From Methanopyrus kandleri AV19 (GTDB taxonomy: Archaea; JAADCQ01; Methanopyri; Methanopyrales; Methanopyraceae): 32,000 nt of DNA. The position numbers and the translations under genes were made by a program. The first letter of the stretch is position 1; each line of letters opens with the position of its first letter. Location of the stretch: the NCBI RefSeq assembly GCF_000007185.1, contig NC_003551.1, forward strand, positions 300,001 to 332,000, read 5' to 3'. The notes beneath the pieces were generated by a model. It was not told where the DNA came from and ran no database searches. It was given only the letters and a program-made list of their open reading frames with translations. Shown here one piece after another: positions 10,331-19,349 of this stretch.

Positions 10331-11238
10331 CCACCAGTTCGGGCGGGTGGGAATCCTTAACCCGCACCGCGTTCACCATCGTGACCGGCTCCTGCAGGAT
10401 CCGGTCCAAGCACCCCTTTAGCATCGCCCGCTTCAGGGCCTCCCGCTCTCGATCGCCCGGCTCCTCACCCACCTTGATCACAACCGACCGTAACCTGCCC
10501 TTCAGCAGCTGCACGCCCGCACCAGCGCTTCCTCATCTACCACCTCGCCCCGAGCGCAGTTGATCAGAAACGCCGACTCCTTCATCAGCTTCAGCTCTCG
10601 CTCCCCGATCATCCCCTGCGTTTCATCCGTCAACGGTACGTAAATCGTAACCACGTCCGCACGCCGCAACAGCTCGTCCAGATCCTCCACCAGCTCTACA
10701 TCCAGCCCTTCTGCCACCTCCTCCGAGATGTACGGGTCGAACGCTATCACCTCCATCTCGAAGGCCTTCGTCCGCTTCGCCACCTGCCGACCGATCCGGC
10801 CCAGCTCGATGACGCCCAGCACCTTCCCAGCCAGCTCCACACCCATGAACAGCTTCCGATCCCACTCTCCCCGTCGCACCGACCGGTCCGCCTGCGGAAT
10901 CCGCCGCGCCAGCACCAGCATCAAACTCATCGTGTGCTCCGCGACCGAGATCGAGCTCGACTCCGGCGCGTTCACCACCACGATCCCACGCTCCGTCGCC
11001 GCCTCCACATCGATGTTGTCCACACCAACCCCGGCCCGCGCGATCACCTTCAGATTCTCCGCCTCCTCGATCAGCTCCCGCGTCACCTGCGTCCCGCTCC
11101 GCACCACCCACGCGTCCGCGTCCCTTACGTGCCTACGGAGCCCCTCCTCGTCCGCATCCTCAAGCACCACCTCACCAAGCTCCTCCAGCTTCCGCAACGC
11201 ATCCTCATGAACGGGTCCGTGACCAGGATCTTCGTCAT
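10314..11238 (-). pseudogene. serA: D-3-phosphoglycerate dehydrogenase remnant: N-terminal frameshift plus large internal deletion
   Basis: 'MTKILVTDP' from ATG at 11238, frameshift near 11216, then 'VHEDALRKLEELGEVVLEDADEEGLRRHVRDADAWVVRSGTQVTRELIEEAENLKVIARAGVGVDNIDVEAATERGIVVVNAPESSSISVAEHTMSLMLVLARRIPQADRSVRRGEWDRK...GRIGRQVAKRTKAFEMEVIAFDPYI...INCARGEVVDEEALVRA'. Then an abrupt jump near 10514 to ACT-side sequence 'VQLLKGRLRSVVIKV...ALKRAMLKGCLDRILQEPVTMVNAVRV'. Confidence 0.85.
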
Positions 11239-11588
11239 GCGCGCACCCCCGCCCGGGCAAGTGGAAAAATATATTGATGGTGACCGTCGGACGCTCGCCG
11301 CAACTGACACCTCAGATTGTTCCGGTCCGAGAAACCGTCCCACGCGATGACGTCGTTCCCTACTAATAAGCAGCCCTACTTGTCCGCTGAAACGGTCCGA
11401 ACCTTCACAGGCTGGTTAACAAAGCGGAAGAACTCAAGAACCGTTTTTCGAGGCTTCAAACAGACTTCTTCCTCGAAATTTATCTTTGTCGGTCTGCTTA
11501 GGATAGGAACCCAATTCATACTCAAACGGACCACCGAACGCGGGGACCGGGGAGTAAGCCGCGGGGAACCCGGGCCCGTCCCGATGTA

Positions 11589-11624
11589 GGTCGGCGGGAA
11601 CCCCGAAGGAGGGGACCGTCGACC
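11589..11624 (+). promoter_or_regulatory. Archaeal-type SECIS element in the 5' leader of fdhA
   Basis: ggtcggcgg-GAA-cccc-gaagga-gggg-A-ccgtcgacc: 9-bp outer stem (one G-T/U pair), the asymmetric GAA/A internal loop, 4-bp C:G inner stem and a short loop. This matches the archaeal SECIS consensus architecture. Confidence 0.88.
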
Positions 11625-11716
11625 CGAAGGGCCCCCACGCGGGGGTCCGGGGGAACCGCGGCCGAAACCCGGTCCCCACCCCTCTTCCTCCCCGGAACCT
11701 CAGGGGGTGAGAACCC

Positions 11717-13774
11717 GTGGCTAGGATGCGTTTCGTGCCGCAGGTGTGCCCGTTCTGTGGTTGCGGCTGTGGCATCCTGGTTGGAACCGATGGAGAGGAG
11801 ATCAAGCTGCTGGAACCGTGGAGGCGGCATCCAGTGAACGAGGGTAGACAGTGCGTCAAGCTCTGGGAGCTACCCGAGGCCGTGCAGAAGGACCGTCTGG
11901 AGCGGCCGGTTCGGATGACCGAGTCGGGCGAGCCGCGCGAGCTCTCCTGGAACCGGGCGCTCGAGGAGGTGGCCGAGGTCCTCTCGACCCATGAGCCTGA
12001 GGAGGTGTACTTCGTCACCTCGGCCAAGGCCACGAACGAGGACAACTACGTGGCGCAGAAGCTCGCACGGACCCTCGGCACGAACAACGTGGACCACTGC
12101 GCGCGCCTGTGACACGCCCCTACGGTGGTCGCGCTGTCCGAGCTCCTGGGTTCCGGGGCGATGACTAACTCGATCCCGGACCTGGTCGAGGCGGACTGCT
12201 ACCTGGTCGCGGGTTCGAACACGGCGGAGCAGCACCCGATCGTGTACCGCCGGATCCTCCAGGGTCTCGAGGAGAACGACGCGGATCTCATCGTCCTCGA
12301 CCCGAGGCGCACGCAGATCGCGGAACTGGCGGATATACACCTACAGGTGAGGCCGCGGACCGACCTGATCGTGTTCCTCTACATGGCCAAAGTGATCGTC
12401 GAGGAGGGACTGCACGACGGGACGTTCATCGAGGAGCGGACCACGGGGTTCGAGTCGTTCGAGGAGTACGTGCGTGAGGCGGTCTCCGAGGGGGACGTCA
12501 GGAGGATCGCCGGCGTGGACCCCGAGGACGTGCGCAAGGCCGCCGTGCGCTACGCCGAGGCGGAGCGCGGGTGCATCCTCTACTGCATGGGACTCACGCA
12601 CCACGACATCGCCACCCGGACGGTCCGCGCGCTGTGCGCGCTCGCCCTCCTGACGGGCAACGTGGGCAGACCGGGCACCGGCGTCAACCCGCTCCGCGGG
12701 CAGAACAACGTCCAGGGAGCGTGCGACGTGGGCGCCCTGGCGACGCACTTCCCCGGGTACCGGCCGATCAACACGGAAACAGCGAATGAAATGTCGAAAA
12801 TTTGGAGTTTCGAGGTGCCGGACGAGCCCGGCCTCAAGCTCACGGAGGCCTTCGACGCGGACGAGATCACCGTCATGTACGTAGTCGGCGAGAACCCCGC
12901 CGTCTCCGAGCCGAACACACGTCACGCGGTTGAGAAGCTCGAAAGCCTCGAGTTCCTGGTGGTCCAGGACCTGTACCTGACCGAGACCGGCGAGCTGGCG
13001 GACCTCGTGCTGCCGGCCGCCGGCTGGGCGGAGCGCACGGGCACGTTCACGGCCACCGATCGGCGCGTTCAGCTCGCGGAGAAGGCCGTGGAGCCACCGG
13101 GCGAGGCCCGGCCCGACTGGTGGATCCTGGAGGCGGTGGCCCGACGACTGGGGCTCAAGGGCTTCGGACACCGATCCCCGCGCGAGGTGTTCGAGGAGAT
13201 CCGACGCGTCGTCCCGCAGTACCGAGGGATCACGTACGAACGACTCCGGAGACGCCCGGGCGGGATCCACTGGCCCTGTCCGAGCGAGGACCACCCGGGC
13301 ACCCCGATCCTGCACACCGAGGAGTTCGCCACCGAGGACGGGAAGGCCCGGTTCCCGAAGCCCGAGGACGTGGAGTACCGGGAACCGGAGCGAGACGTGG
13401 ACGAGGAGTACCCGCTGATCCTCACCACGGGCCGCGTGTACGCGCACTACCACACCCGCACAATCACGCGACGCTCGCGGCTCCTGAGCGAGGAGGTGCC
13501 GGAGTCGTTCGTCGAGATCCACCCGAAGGACGCGGAGCGGTACGGCGTGCGAGACGGGGAACTGGTGGTCGTCGAAACACCCTACGGCGAGTGGCGGTGC
13601 CGCGCTCGAGTCACCGATCGGGTGCGAGAGGGCACGATCTTCACGCCGTTCCACTTCGGCGAGAACGTCCTGACGCCCCACGACGTTCGCGATCCGGAGT
13701 CCGGGATCCCGGAGTACAAGTACGTCCCCGCCCGCGTCCGACCCGACTCCCGGGGGTCGGCCTCGAGGGGGTAG
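11717..13774 (+). CDS. fdhA: Formate dehydrogenase alpha subunit, selenocysteine-containing (TGA at 12110-12112 = Sec)
   Basis: 'VCPFCGCGCGILVG' [4Fe-4S] site. '[56 protein letters not shown]' matches the Sec active site of FdhF/FdhA. The frame stays open for more than 550 codons after TGA. GTG start is preceded by GGGGGTGA. Confidence 0.95.
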
Positions 13775-13779
13775 ACACC

Positions 13780-14913
13780 GTGTCGAGCGTCGAGGTTCAG
13801 GTCGGCGGGTGCTACCTCGCCCGGTCCTCGGACCCCGACACCGTCAAGGAGGCCGCGTGCGGGGGCGTCGTCACGGAGCTCCTCCGGCACGCGCTGCGGG
13901 AGGATCTGGTGGACGTCGTCGTCTGCGTGGAGCGGGGCGCCGACGCGCTGGACGGTCGCCCCATCGTCGTGGACGATCCCGCCGAGGTGCCCTCCGGCTC
14001 CTACCACTGCGCACCTACCCAGCTGGCCCGGCTCGTGGCGGAGCTGCACCGGGAGGACCCCACGCTGCGGGTCGCCGTCACCTGCCGACCCTGCGACGCC
14101 CGCACCCTCGACCGGCTGGCCGAGCGGGACCTGGTGAACCCGGACCGGGTGTACCGCATCGGCCTCAACTGCGGCGGTACCTTCGAACCCCGAGTCGTGC
14201 TGGAGATCCTGGAGGAGCACGGGGTGGACCCACTGGACGTGGAGCGGGAAGAGGTCGTCAAGGGCCACCTTGTCATTGAGCTCCGCGACGGCGAGGAGAT
14301 TTCAGTCTCCATCGACGAGTTGGAGGAGCAGGACTCCGGGCGCCGGGAGAACTGCCGCCGGTGCGATGAGAACATCCCAGAGCGCGCGGACCTGGCGTGC
14401 GGCAACTGGGGCGTTCCAGACGACCTGCAGGGTGAGTGGACGTTCGTCGAGGTCAAGACGGAGGACGGGCGCGACCTGCTGGCCGGGGCCCTGGACGCGG
14501 GCACGATGGAAGTGCAAGAGGCCCCCGGAAAATCGGTACAGATCCGGGCGAAGATCGACGAGGTCATGCGGAAGATGGCCCGGTCCTGGCGGGAGAAGAC
14601 GCTCGATGAGGATTGGCTGACGGAGGCGATCGAGGCGCTCGACCGCTGCATCAAGTGCCGAAGTTGCCGGCAGGTGTGCCCCGTGTGCGCGTCGTGCGAA
14701 GAGGGCTGCTGGTCCTTCGCTGGCCGGGAGTCGGTGACCCCCACCCCAGTCTGGCACGCCCACATCGCCCAGTGCGTCGCCCTGTACTGCGTCGAGTGCG
14801 GCGCCTGCGAGACCGCGTGCCCCGCCGAGATTCCGCTGACCCGGATCTACAGCGTCCTGCGCGAGCGGCTCCCGGACGTCGTCGAGCGGCTGGCGGAGCC
14901 GGCGGAGGAGTAG
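13780..14913 (+). CDS. fdhB: Formate dehydrogenase beta subunit (F420-linked type)
   Basis: GTG start 5 bp after the fdhA stop. 'GGCYLARSSDPDTVKEAACGGVVTELLRHAL', 'LAVTCRPCDARTLDRL'-type segment, 'CIKCRSCRQVCPVC', 'CVECGACETACPAEIPL'. The track ORF start at 13120 overlaps fdhA and is spurious. Confidence 0.9.
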   Translation: MSSVEVQVGGCYLARSSDPDTVKEAACGGVVTELLRHALREDLVDVVVCVERGADALDGRPIVVDDPAEVPSGSYHCAPTQLARLVAELHREDPTLRVAVTCRPCDARTLDRLAERDLVNPDRVYRIGLNCGGTFEPRVVLEILEEHGVDPLDVEREEVVKGHLVIELRDGEEISVSIDELEEQDSGRRENCRRCDENIPERADLACGNWGVPDDLQGEWTFVEVKTEDGRDLLAGALDAGTMEVQEAPGKSVQIRAKIDEVMRKMARSWREKTLDEDWLTEAIEALDRCIKCRSCRQVCPVCASCEEGCWSFAGRESVTPTPVWHAHIAQCVALYCVECGACETACPAEIPLTRIYSVLRERLPDVVERLAEPAEE

Positions 14914-15012
14914 ACCGGCGACGCCCCGGTCCCTCCCCGCTTTTTCTCCCGTGCAAGGCCCACTAGCAGGTATGATCCCGACCGACGGCCTTGCGCTCCG
15001 CGCAACTGACTC

Positions 15013-15052
15013 TTTATAAGCATTGCCATCTCTCGGCACCCCGATTTATAAG
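15013..15052 (+). promoter_or_regulatory. Two TATA-like boxes upstream of the polyferredoxin gene
   Basis: 'TTTATAAG' at about 15013-15020 and 'ATTTATAAG' at about 15044-15052. The plausible ATG is 15104, so the track ORF start at 15023 is probably too early. Confidence 0.45.
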
Positions 15053-15103
15053 ACGGTGGTGCCTGGAAAGCGGAGCGTCAGGCCGAGTTTGGGGGACGCG
15101 CAA

Positions 15104-15678
15104 ATGACGGACGGTCTGCTCAAGCCCGTGAAGGAAGTCTCCCCGCTCACCATCCGAATCGTGCGCGAGGGCGCGAAGACGCGGGAGCTGGTCGTGAACC
15201 TCGACCGGTGCGCCGCCTGCGGACTCTGCGAGCGGGCCTGTTCCGTGAACGCGATCACCGTCGAGACCCCTTCCGCCGTTGTGCGCAAGGGCGCCGACCC
15301 ACTCGACATCGACTAGGAGACGTGCGTGCTGTGCGGTATCTGCGCCTTCGTGTGCCCGTACGACGCGATCACCTGCTCATCGACGGTGAACCGGTAACTG
15401 AGCGAGGCGTCCCCAAGCTGCCCAAGAACGTAGAGGTCGACGAGGACCGGTGCGTGTACTGCGGCGTGTGCATGCGCACCTGCCCTGTCGACGCCATCCA
15501 GGTCACCAAGCCCTACCAGGGTCACATCGAGATCGACGACGAGGAGTGCGTCGGCTGCGGACTCTGCGTAGAGATCTGCCCGTGCAACGCCCTCGAGTTC
15601 GGGCGGGACGGCACCGCCGAGAAGACCCGCATCGTCGTCAACCTCGACCGCGTCCTGGGGCCGACCGAGAAGGAGTAG
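15104..15678 (+). pseudogene. Polyferredoxin (four [4Fe-4S] motifs) with in-frame TAG and a -1 frameshift
   Basis: 'CAACGLCERAC', then TAG 15314-15316, then same-frame 'ETCVLCGICAFVCPYDAIT'. A frameshift near 15362 leads to '(L)LIDGEPVTERGVPKLPKNVEVDEDRCVYCGVCMRTCPVDAI...CVGCGLCVEICPCNALEF...'. Confidence 0.8.
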
Positions 15679-16166
15679 GCGCCCTCCCCCACGTCCCCGG
15701 CCAATCGTTATGAATTACAAAACGATAGGTGGAGCTAAGGTGGGATGAGAACAGCGGTGAGCACGGACCGATGAAGAGGCCCCAGCCTCATCCCGACCGC
15801 CACCTCTTCCCCGGCCGCACGCCCACCCGCTCCTCCACCACATCCTCGATGAGCTCACTCCGACGGATCCGAGAGTACAGCCCCTGCCAGCCGCCGTTCT
15901 CGCCCTCCCACCACGCCTCGAACCCCTCCAACCGCTCCGACAACCACGCGCAGAGGCACAGACCGAGAAGCCGAGCCGATCGCTCGTTCCACGCCCGACG
16001 GAAACACTCCGACAACCGCTCCGCCGCCTTCCCCCAGCCCCTCCAACAACACGCCCGCCGCATCTTCCAACACAGCCAGCGCGACCACGCCGCGAACCGG
16101 GTGCACGTCCACCCGGCGGTACGCCTCCCTCAGCACGGCCGCCGGTCCCTCTCCGTCGACCCCCCA

Positions 16167-16253
16167 GCACGCCAGGCCCGCGATCCAGCCCTCCTTCAGC
16201 GCCTTGATCAGCGCGTCCTCGTGTATAGGATCCGTCACCAGAATCTTGGCCAC
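16167..16253 (-). pseudogene. serA: Second serA remnant: 5' end fused to mid-gene segment by internal deletion
   Basis: Minus strand from GTG 16253: 'VAKILVTDPIHEDAL|IKALKEGWIAGLAC'. The N-terminus of SerA is joined directly to the '(VDEEAL)IKALKEGWIAGLACDVF' region. Confidence 0.75.
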
Positions 16254-16384
16254 GGAGACACCCCCGGCCGGGCACGGATAGCCCCGAAAATATGTTGACT
16301 GGGTCCTCTCCTCCGGGGCCGGCCCCGTCGCCGTGATGGTGCCGACGGATCCGCCAAGGTCGACGTGAGCACCTGACGGGGCGC

Positions 16385-16745
16385 TCACGGTACGTGTCCC
16401 AGCTTCCATCGCTCTAATTCGAGTTTCACGCCGGGAGTCTCGTGTTTCCCGTCGAGGGATTTCCTGCGGCGGATTATCCTCTTGAGGTGAGCGGAGTAAT
16501 GAGCGGGCCAGCCTTCGAGGGTTCTCACGAGGAAGGGTTCGAGCCGGTTTGGGAGTTCTTCTAGGAGGTCGCGGATTCTTGGTGATTCGGAGGGTCTGGC
16601 GTCGAAGGTCAGTGCGAGCCCGCGGGCTAACAACCGTCGGGCTTTCTTGTATGGGAGGTCCGAGACCTCGGTCAGGAGGGTCTTGAGCACCGAGCGGAGG
16701 TTGCGCATTAACTGACGGGCGAGCTCGAGTACCTCCTCACGACCC
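16385..16745 (-). pseudogene. Truncated paralogue of the hypothetical protein at 23192-23818
   Basis: 'GREEVLELARQLMRNLRSVLKTLLTEVSDLPYKKARRLLARGLALTFDARPSESPRIRDLLEELPNRLEPFLVRTLEGWPAHYSAHLKRIIRRRKSLDGKHETPGVKLELERWKLGHVP' aligns nearly end-to-end with the C-terminal half of the 23192 ORF. Confidence 0.85.
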
Positions 16746-16790
16746 GGGGAACTCGTACGGTACACGGACAAGACAGCGAGCGGGCTCTCG

Positions 16791-18491
16791 GTGCGCATCG
16801 TGGACTGGTGCGCGCTCGACCCGAGGGCGTACGACGAGGGGCGACGTAGGGTCGCGGCCCGAGCCTGCCCGGATCCGCAGCCGTACTGGGTCAACGGTGA
16901 GCCGTTAGTCTTCCAGACACCGACCCTGATCTTCGGAGACCGGGGCGACGGTAAATACCCGATAGCGTGGCTCCTCAAGATCCAAGCACCATCGGACAAA
17001 CGGATCACCGAGCTGGACTTTCCGGAGCGATGGTGGAAGAAGGGAGGTCTCCTGTGGATACTGGCGATCACGGAGCTGGCCGAGGACGGTAGGTACTACT
17101 CGGTGTTCCCGGAAGAGGATCTGCTGTGGGATCCGTACCGGAGGGAGGGCTGCCCGTACACGCCCCACTCCGACCTGGACATCTGCACCCGGCTCGGTGT
17201 GCCTTTCGCGCTCAGGTACTACATCGACAAAGCACCCGCGCCGACTCCGGACATGCTTTGGAAGGCGTACGTACGGGGAGTACCCCCACCGGACGACGGG
17301 GTTACCACCGACTTCGGGTCCGTCCTGCACGGGACACAGTGGTACACCGAGGGCGTCTCGAAGGCTACGGAAGGTCTCAAGCTCGCACTGTCGGCGCTGA
17401 CGGCACTGTACGACTCGGCGGCCAAGCGACAGGCCGAGGACCTCGGGTTGAAGGCGTACAGGGCGTACCCGGCGGTGGTCCAAGGAGTCGTGTGGTCGAG
17501 CGACTCGTCACAGCTGCTGATCTACCAGCCCACGCTCGGAGTTAGCTTCTACGATCCACCGGTCCTCGTTCGAGCGCTGAACTCGTACGCATCCGCGCTT
17601 CTGGCCGCGGCCGAGGACCTGGTGCTGAGGATCGCCCTGGGTCGACCTCAGCTCGCACCGTGGCAGTGTGACGACGCTCGGCTGGAGAACCAGCTGAGGG
17701 AGGAGTTCGTACGGAAAGTGAACGAGGAGCTAGGGCTCAACGAAGCGACCGTCAGGGACTTCACGGAGGCGATCGACCGTGGAAAAGAGGACTTCGAGAG
17801 CTTCCTGAAACGGACAGGAGTCGTGAAGGTCGACGCTGAGGTCGAAACGGCCCTGTCGACGCTCCTCGCACGCGTCTGTGGGTTGAGCACCGAGGCGACG
17901 GTGTACACCTACTACTCGATGGCCACCGGGGAGATACTCCCGCTGGTGATCACCCCGAGGGCGCTCCCATCGAAAGGTGGGGTCACAACGGGCAGCTTCT
18001 GCAGCACGCTGACGGACAACCTCAGGAAGGCGGAACCGGGCTTCACGGCGTCGGACGACCTCCTATCGACGTTCAAGTACTATTTCAACAACCCACTGAT
18101 CAACGGGGCGATGGCGACGCTACTCTCGTGGGGGATAGAGTGGGCGATCATCTTGTCGGCAGGGCTCATAGCAGGCCCCTTCCCCGCGGCGGCGGAACTG
18201 CTGGTATCCGGTGCACCGTACCTGGCGGCCTTAGGTTCGTCCGCGATCATGGCGCTGCTAGACGGATGGTTGAACAACAGAACATGGGATCAAGTCTCGG
18301 AGGAGATAGCCGTGGGCGCCGCGGCCGGTACGGCGGTGTACAGGTCCGTGGGCAGGTACATCTCGAAGATATCGGAGTACGCCGACACGACCGCCTCTAA
18401 GATCATAGCGAGGTACTACGACTTTTCGTTCAACTGGAGCGCCAACTCGATCCTAGCGGCCACGTCGAACCTGTGGTTGATAGGGGGATAA
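16791..18491 (+). CDS. Uncharacterised 566-aa protein with hydrophobic C-terminal region
   Basis: Long intact ORF from GTG. Trp/Tyr-rich soluble N-terminal part, then 'LLSWGIEWAIILSAGLIAGPFPAAAELLVSGAPYLAALGSSAIMALLDGWLNN...EIAVGAAAGTAVYRSVGRYI'. The frame is also open upstream of 16791. Confidence 0.8.
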   Translation: MRIVDWCALDPRAYDEGRRRVAARACPDPQPYWVNGEPLVFQTPTLIFGDRGDGKYPIAWLLKIQAPSDKRITELDFPERWWKKGGLLWILAITELAEDGRYYSVFPEEDLLWDPYRREGCPYTPHSDLDICTRLGVPFALRYYIDKAPAPTPDMLWKAYVRGVPPPDDGVTTDFGSVLHGTQWYTEGVSKATEGLKLALSALTALYDSAAKRQAEDLGLKAYRAYPAVVQGVVWSSDSSQLLIYQPTLGVSFYDPPVLVRALNSYASALLAAAEDLVLRIALGRPQLAPWQCDDARLENQLREEFVRKVNEELGLNEATVRDFTEAIDRGKEDFESFLKRTGVVKVDAEVETALSTLLARVCGLSTEATVYTYYSMATGEILPLVITPRALPSKGGVTTGSFCSTLTDNLRKAEPGFTASDDLLSTFKYYFNNPLINGAMATLLSWGIEWAIILSAGLIAGPFPAAAELLVSGAPYLAALGSSAIMALLDGWLNNRTWDQVSEEIAVGAAAGTAVYRSVGRYISKISEYADTTASKIIARYYDFSFNWSANSILAATSNLWLIGG

Positions 18492-18497
18492 CGCCCG

Positions 18498-19349
18498 TTG
18501 TCCCTTCTTTACCAGGTCTACCTGCTGCCCCTCGCCCTTATCTACATCTTCTTCGCGTCGGTGGTACTGTGGCCGATATCGGTAGCGATAATTGCCGTTA
18601 AGTGGAGGAGGGCACGGAAGATCCTAAACGAAGCCATAGGATCAGGTACGGTGGGTCCCTACGGTGGAGTGAATGGAGAGACCGGGGTCAGACTCTCCTC
18701 TACGAAGGTAGTATGGTACTACGGGATCTTCGACTTCCCACCGATAGGCTTACCCGTCGTAGCACTACTCTCCGCTGTCGCTCTAGGAAAAGGCTGGGAG
18801 AATCTCACGGCATGCCCCGGGATACGGAACTTATCGATGAGCTTACTCACCTGGGTGTTCGTGAACTCCTGTCTTCTAGGTATCGTGGGTAAGCTGGTGT
18901 GGTACCTTAGACTCAAGAGACTAGATGTCAAGTTCATAGCCGAGTCCAAAAAGAAAGTAAACCGTAACATCATCAAGAAGATCTGCGAGAAGTACAAGTA
19001 CATCGACGTGTACTCAGCTTTTAATGTAACTCTCATGATGTGGTTTTATAATATATTTGCGGGAGGAATAATAGTGTCGCTGTTTACGCTGATATTTTAT
19101 CTGACTAACACCAAAACATTGTTGATACATAGGTATTACTACAACATTTTAACTGTGTCAATAAGTTTAGTAATATTAACGAACTCGGTACTGATAGGAT
19201 TATGGTTTTCTAGACGTAAGTACATTTGTTCACCGAAGATACAGTCAAACTCTATTATTATATATTTAATCACAGCTATAGTGACGATCTATACATCAGT
19301 AATATCATGTGCTATGTTCGAGTACGTAATAACTGGGTCGCTTTCCTGA
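18498..19349 (+). CDS. Uncharacterised multi-TM membrane protein
   Basis: 283-aa ORF starting 6 nt after the previous stop. Several hydrophobic segments such as 'LLPLALIYIFFASVVLWPISVAIIAV' and 'SIIIYLITAIVTIYTSVISC'. The 3' third is markedly AT-rich. Confidence 0.75.
   Translation: MSLLYQVYLLPLALIYIFFASVVLWPISVAIIAVKWRRARKILNEAIGSGTVGPYGGVNGETGVRLSSTKVVWYYGIFDFPPIGLPVVALLSAVALGKGWENLTACPGIRNLSMSLLTWVFVNSCLLGIVGKLVWYLRLKRLDVKFIAESKKKVNRNIIKKICEKYKYIDVYSAFNVTLMMWFYNIFAGGIIVSLFTLIFYLTNTKTLLIHRYYYNILTVSISLVILTNSVLIGLWFSRRKYICSPKIQSNSIIIYLITAIVTIYTSVISCAMFEYVITGSLS

Noticed and set aside
12341-13681. 446-aa minus-strand ORF
   Set aside because: Shadow ORF inside fdhA, whose sense frame is unambiguous.
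15023-15103. Track-proposed N-terminal extension of the polyferredoxin
   Set aside because: It overlaps a TATA box (about 15044-15052) and shows no coding character. ATG 15104 is more plausible.
15314-15316. TAG in the polyferredoxin as a pyrrolysine codon
   Set aside because: The expected residue by context is Glu/Asp, there is an additional frameshift 50 bp downstream, and no pyl genes are visible. Decay or sequencing error is simpler.
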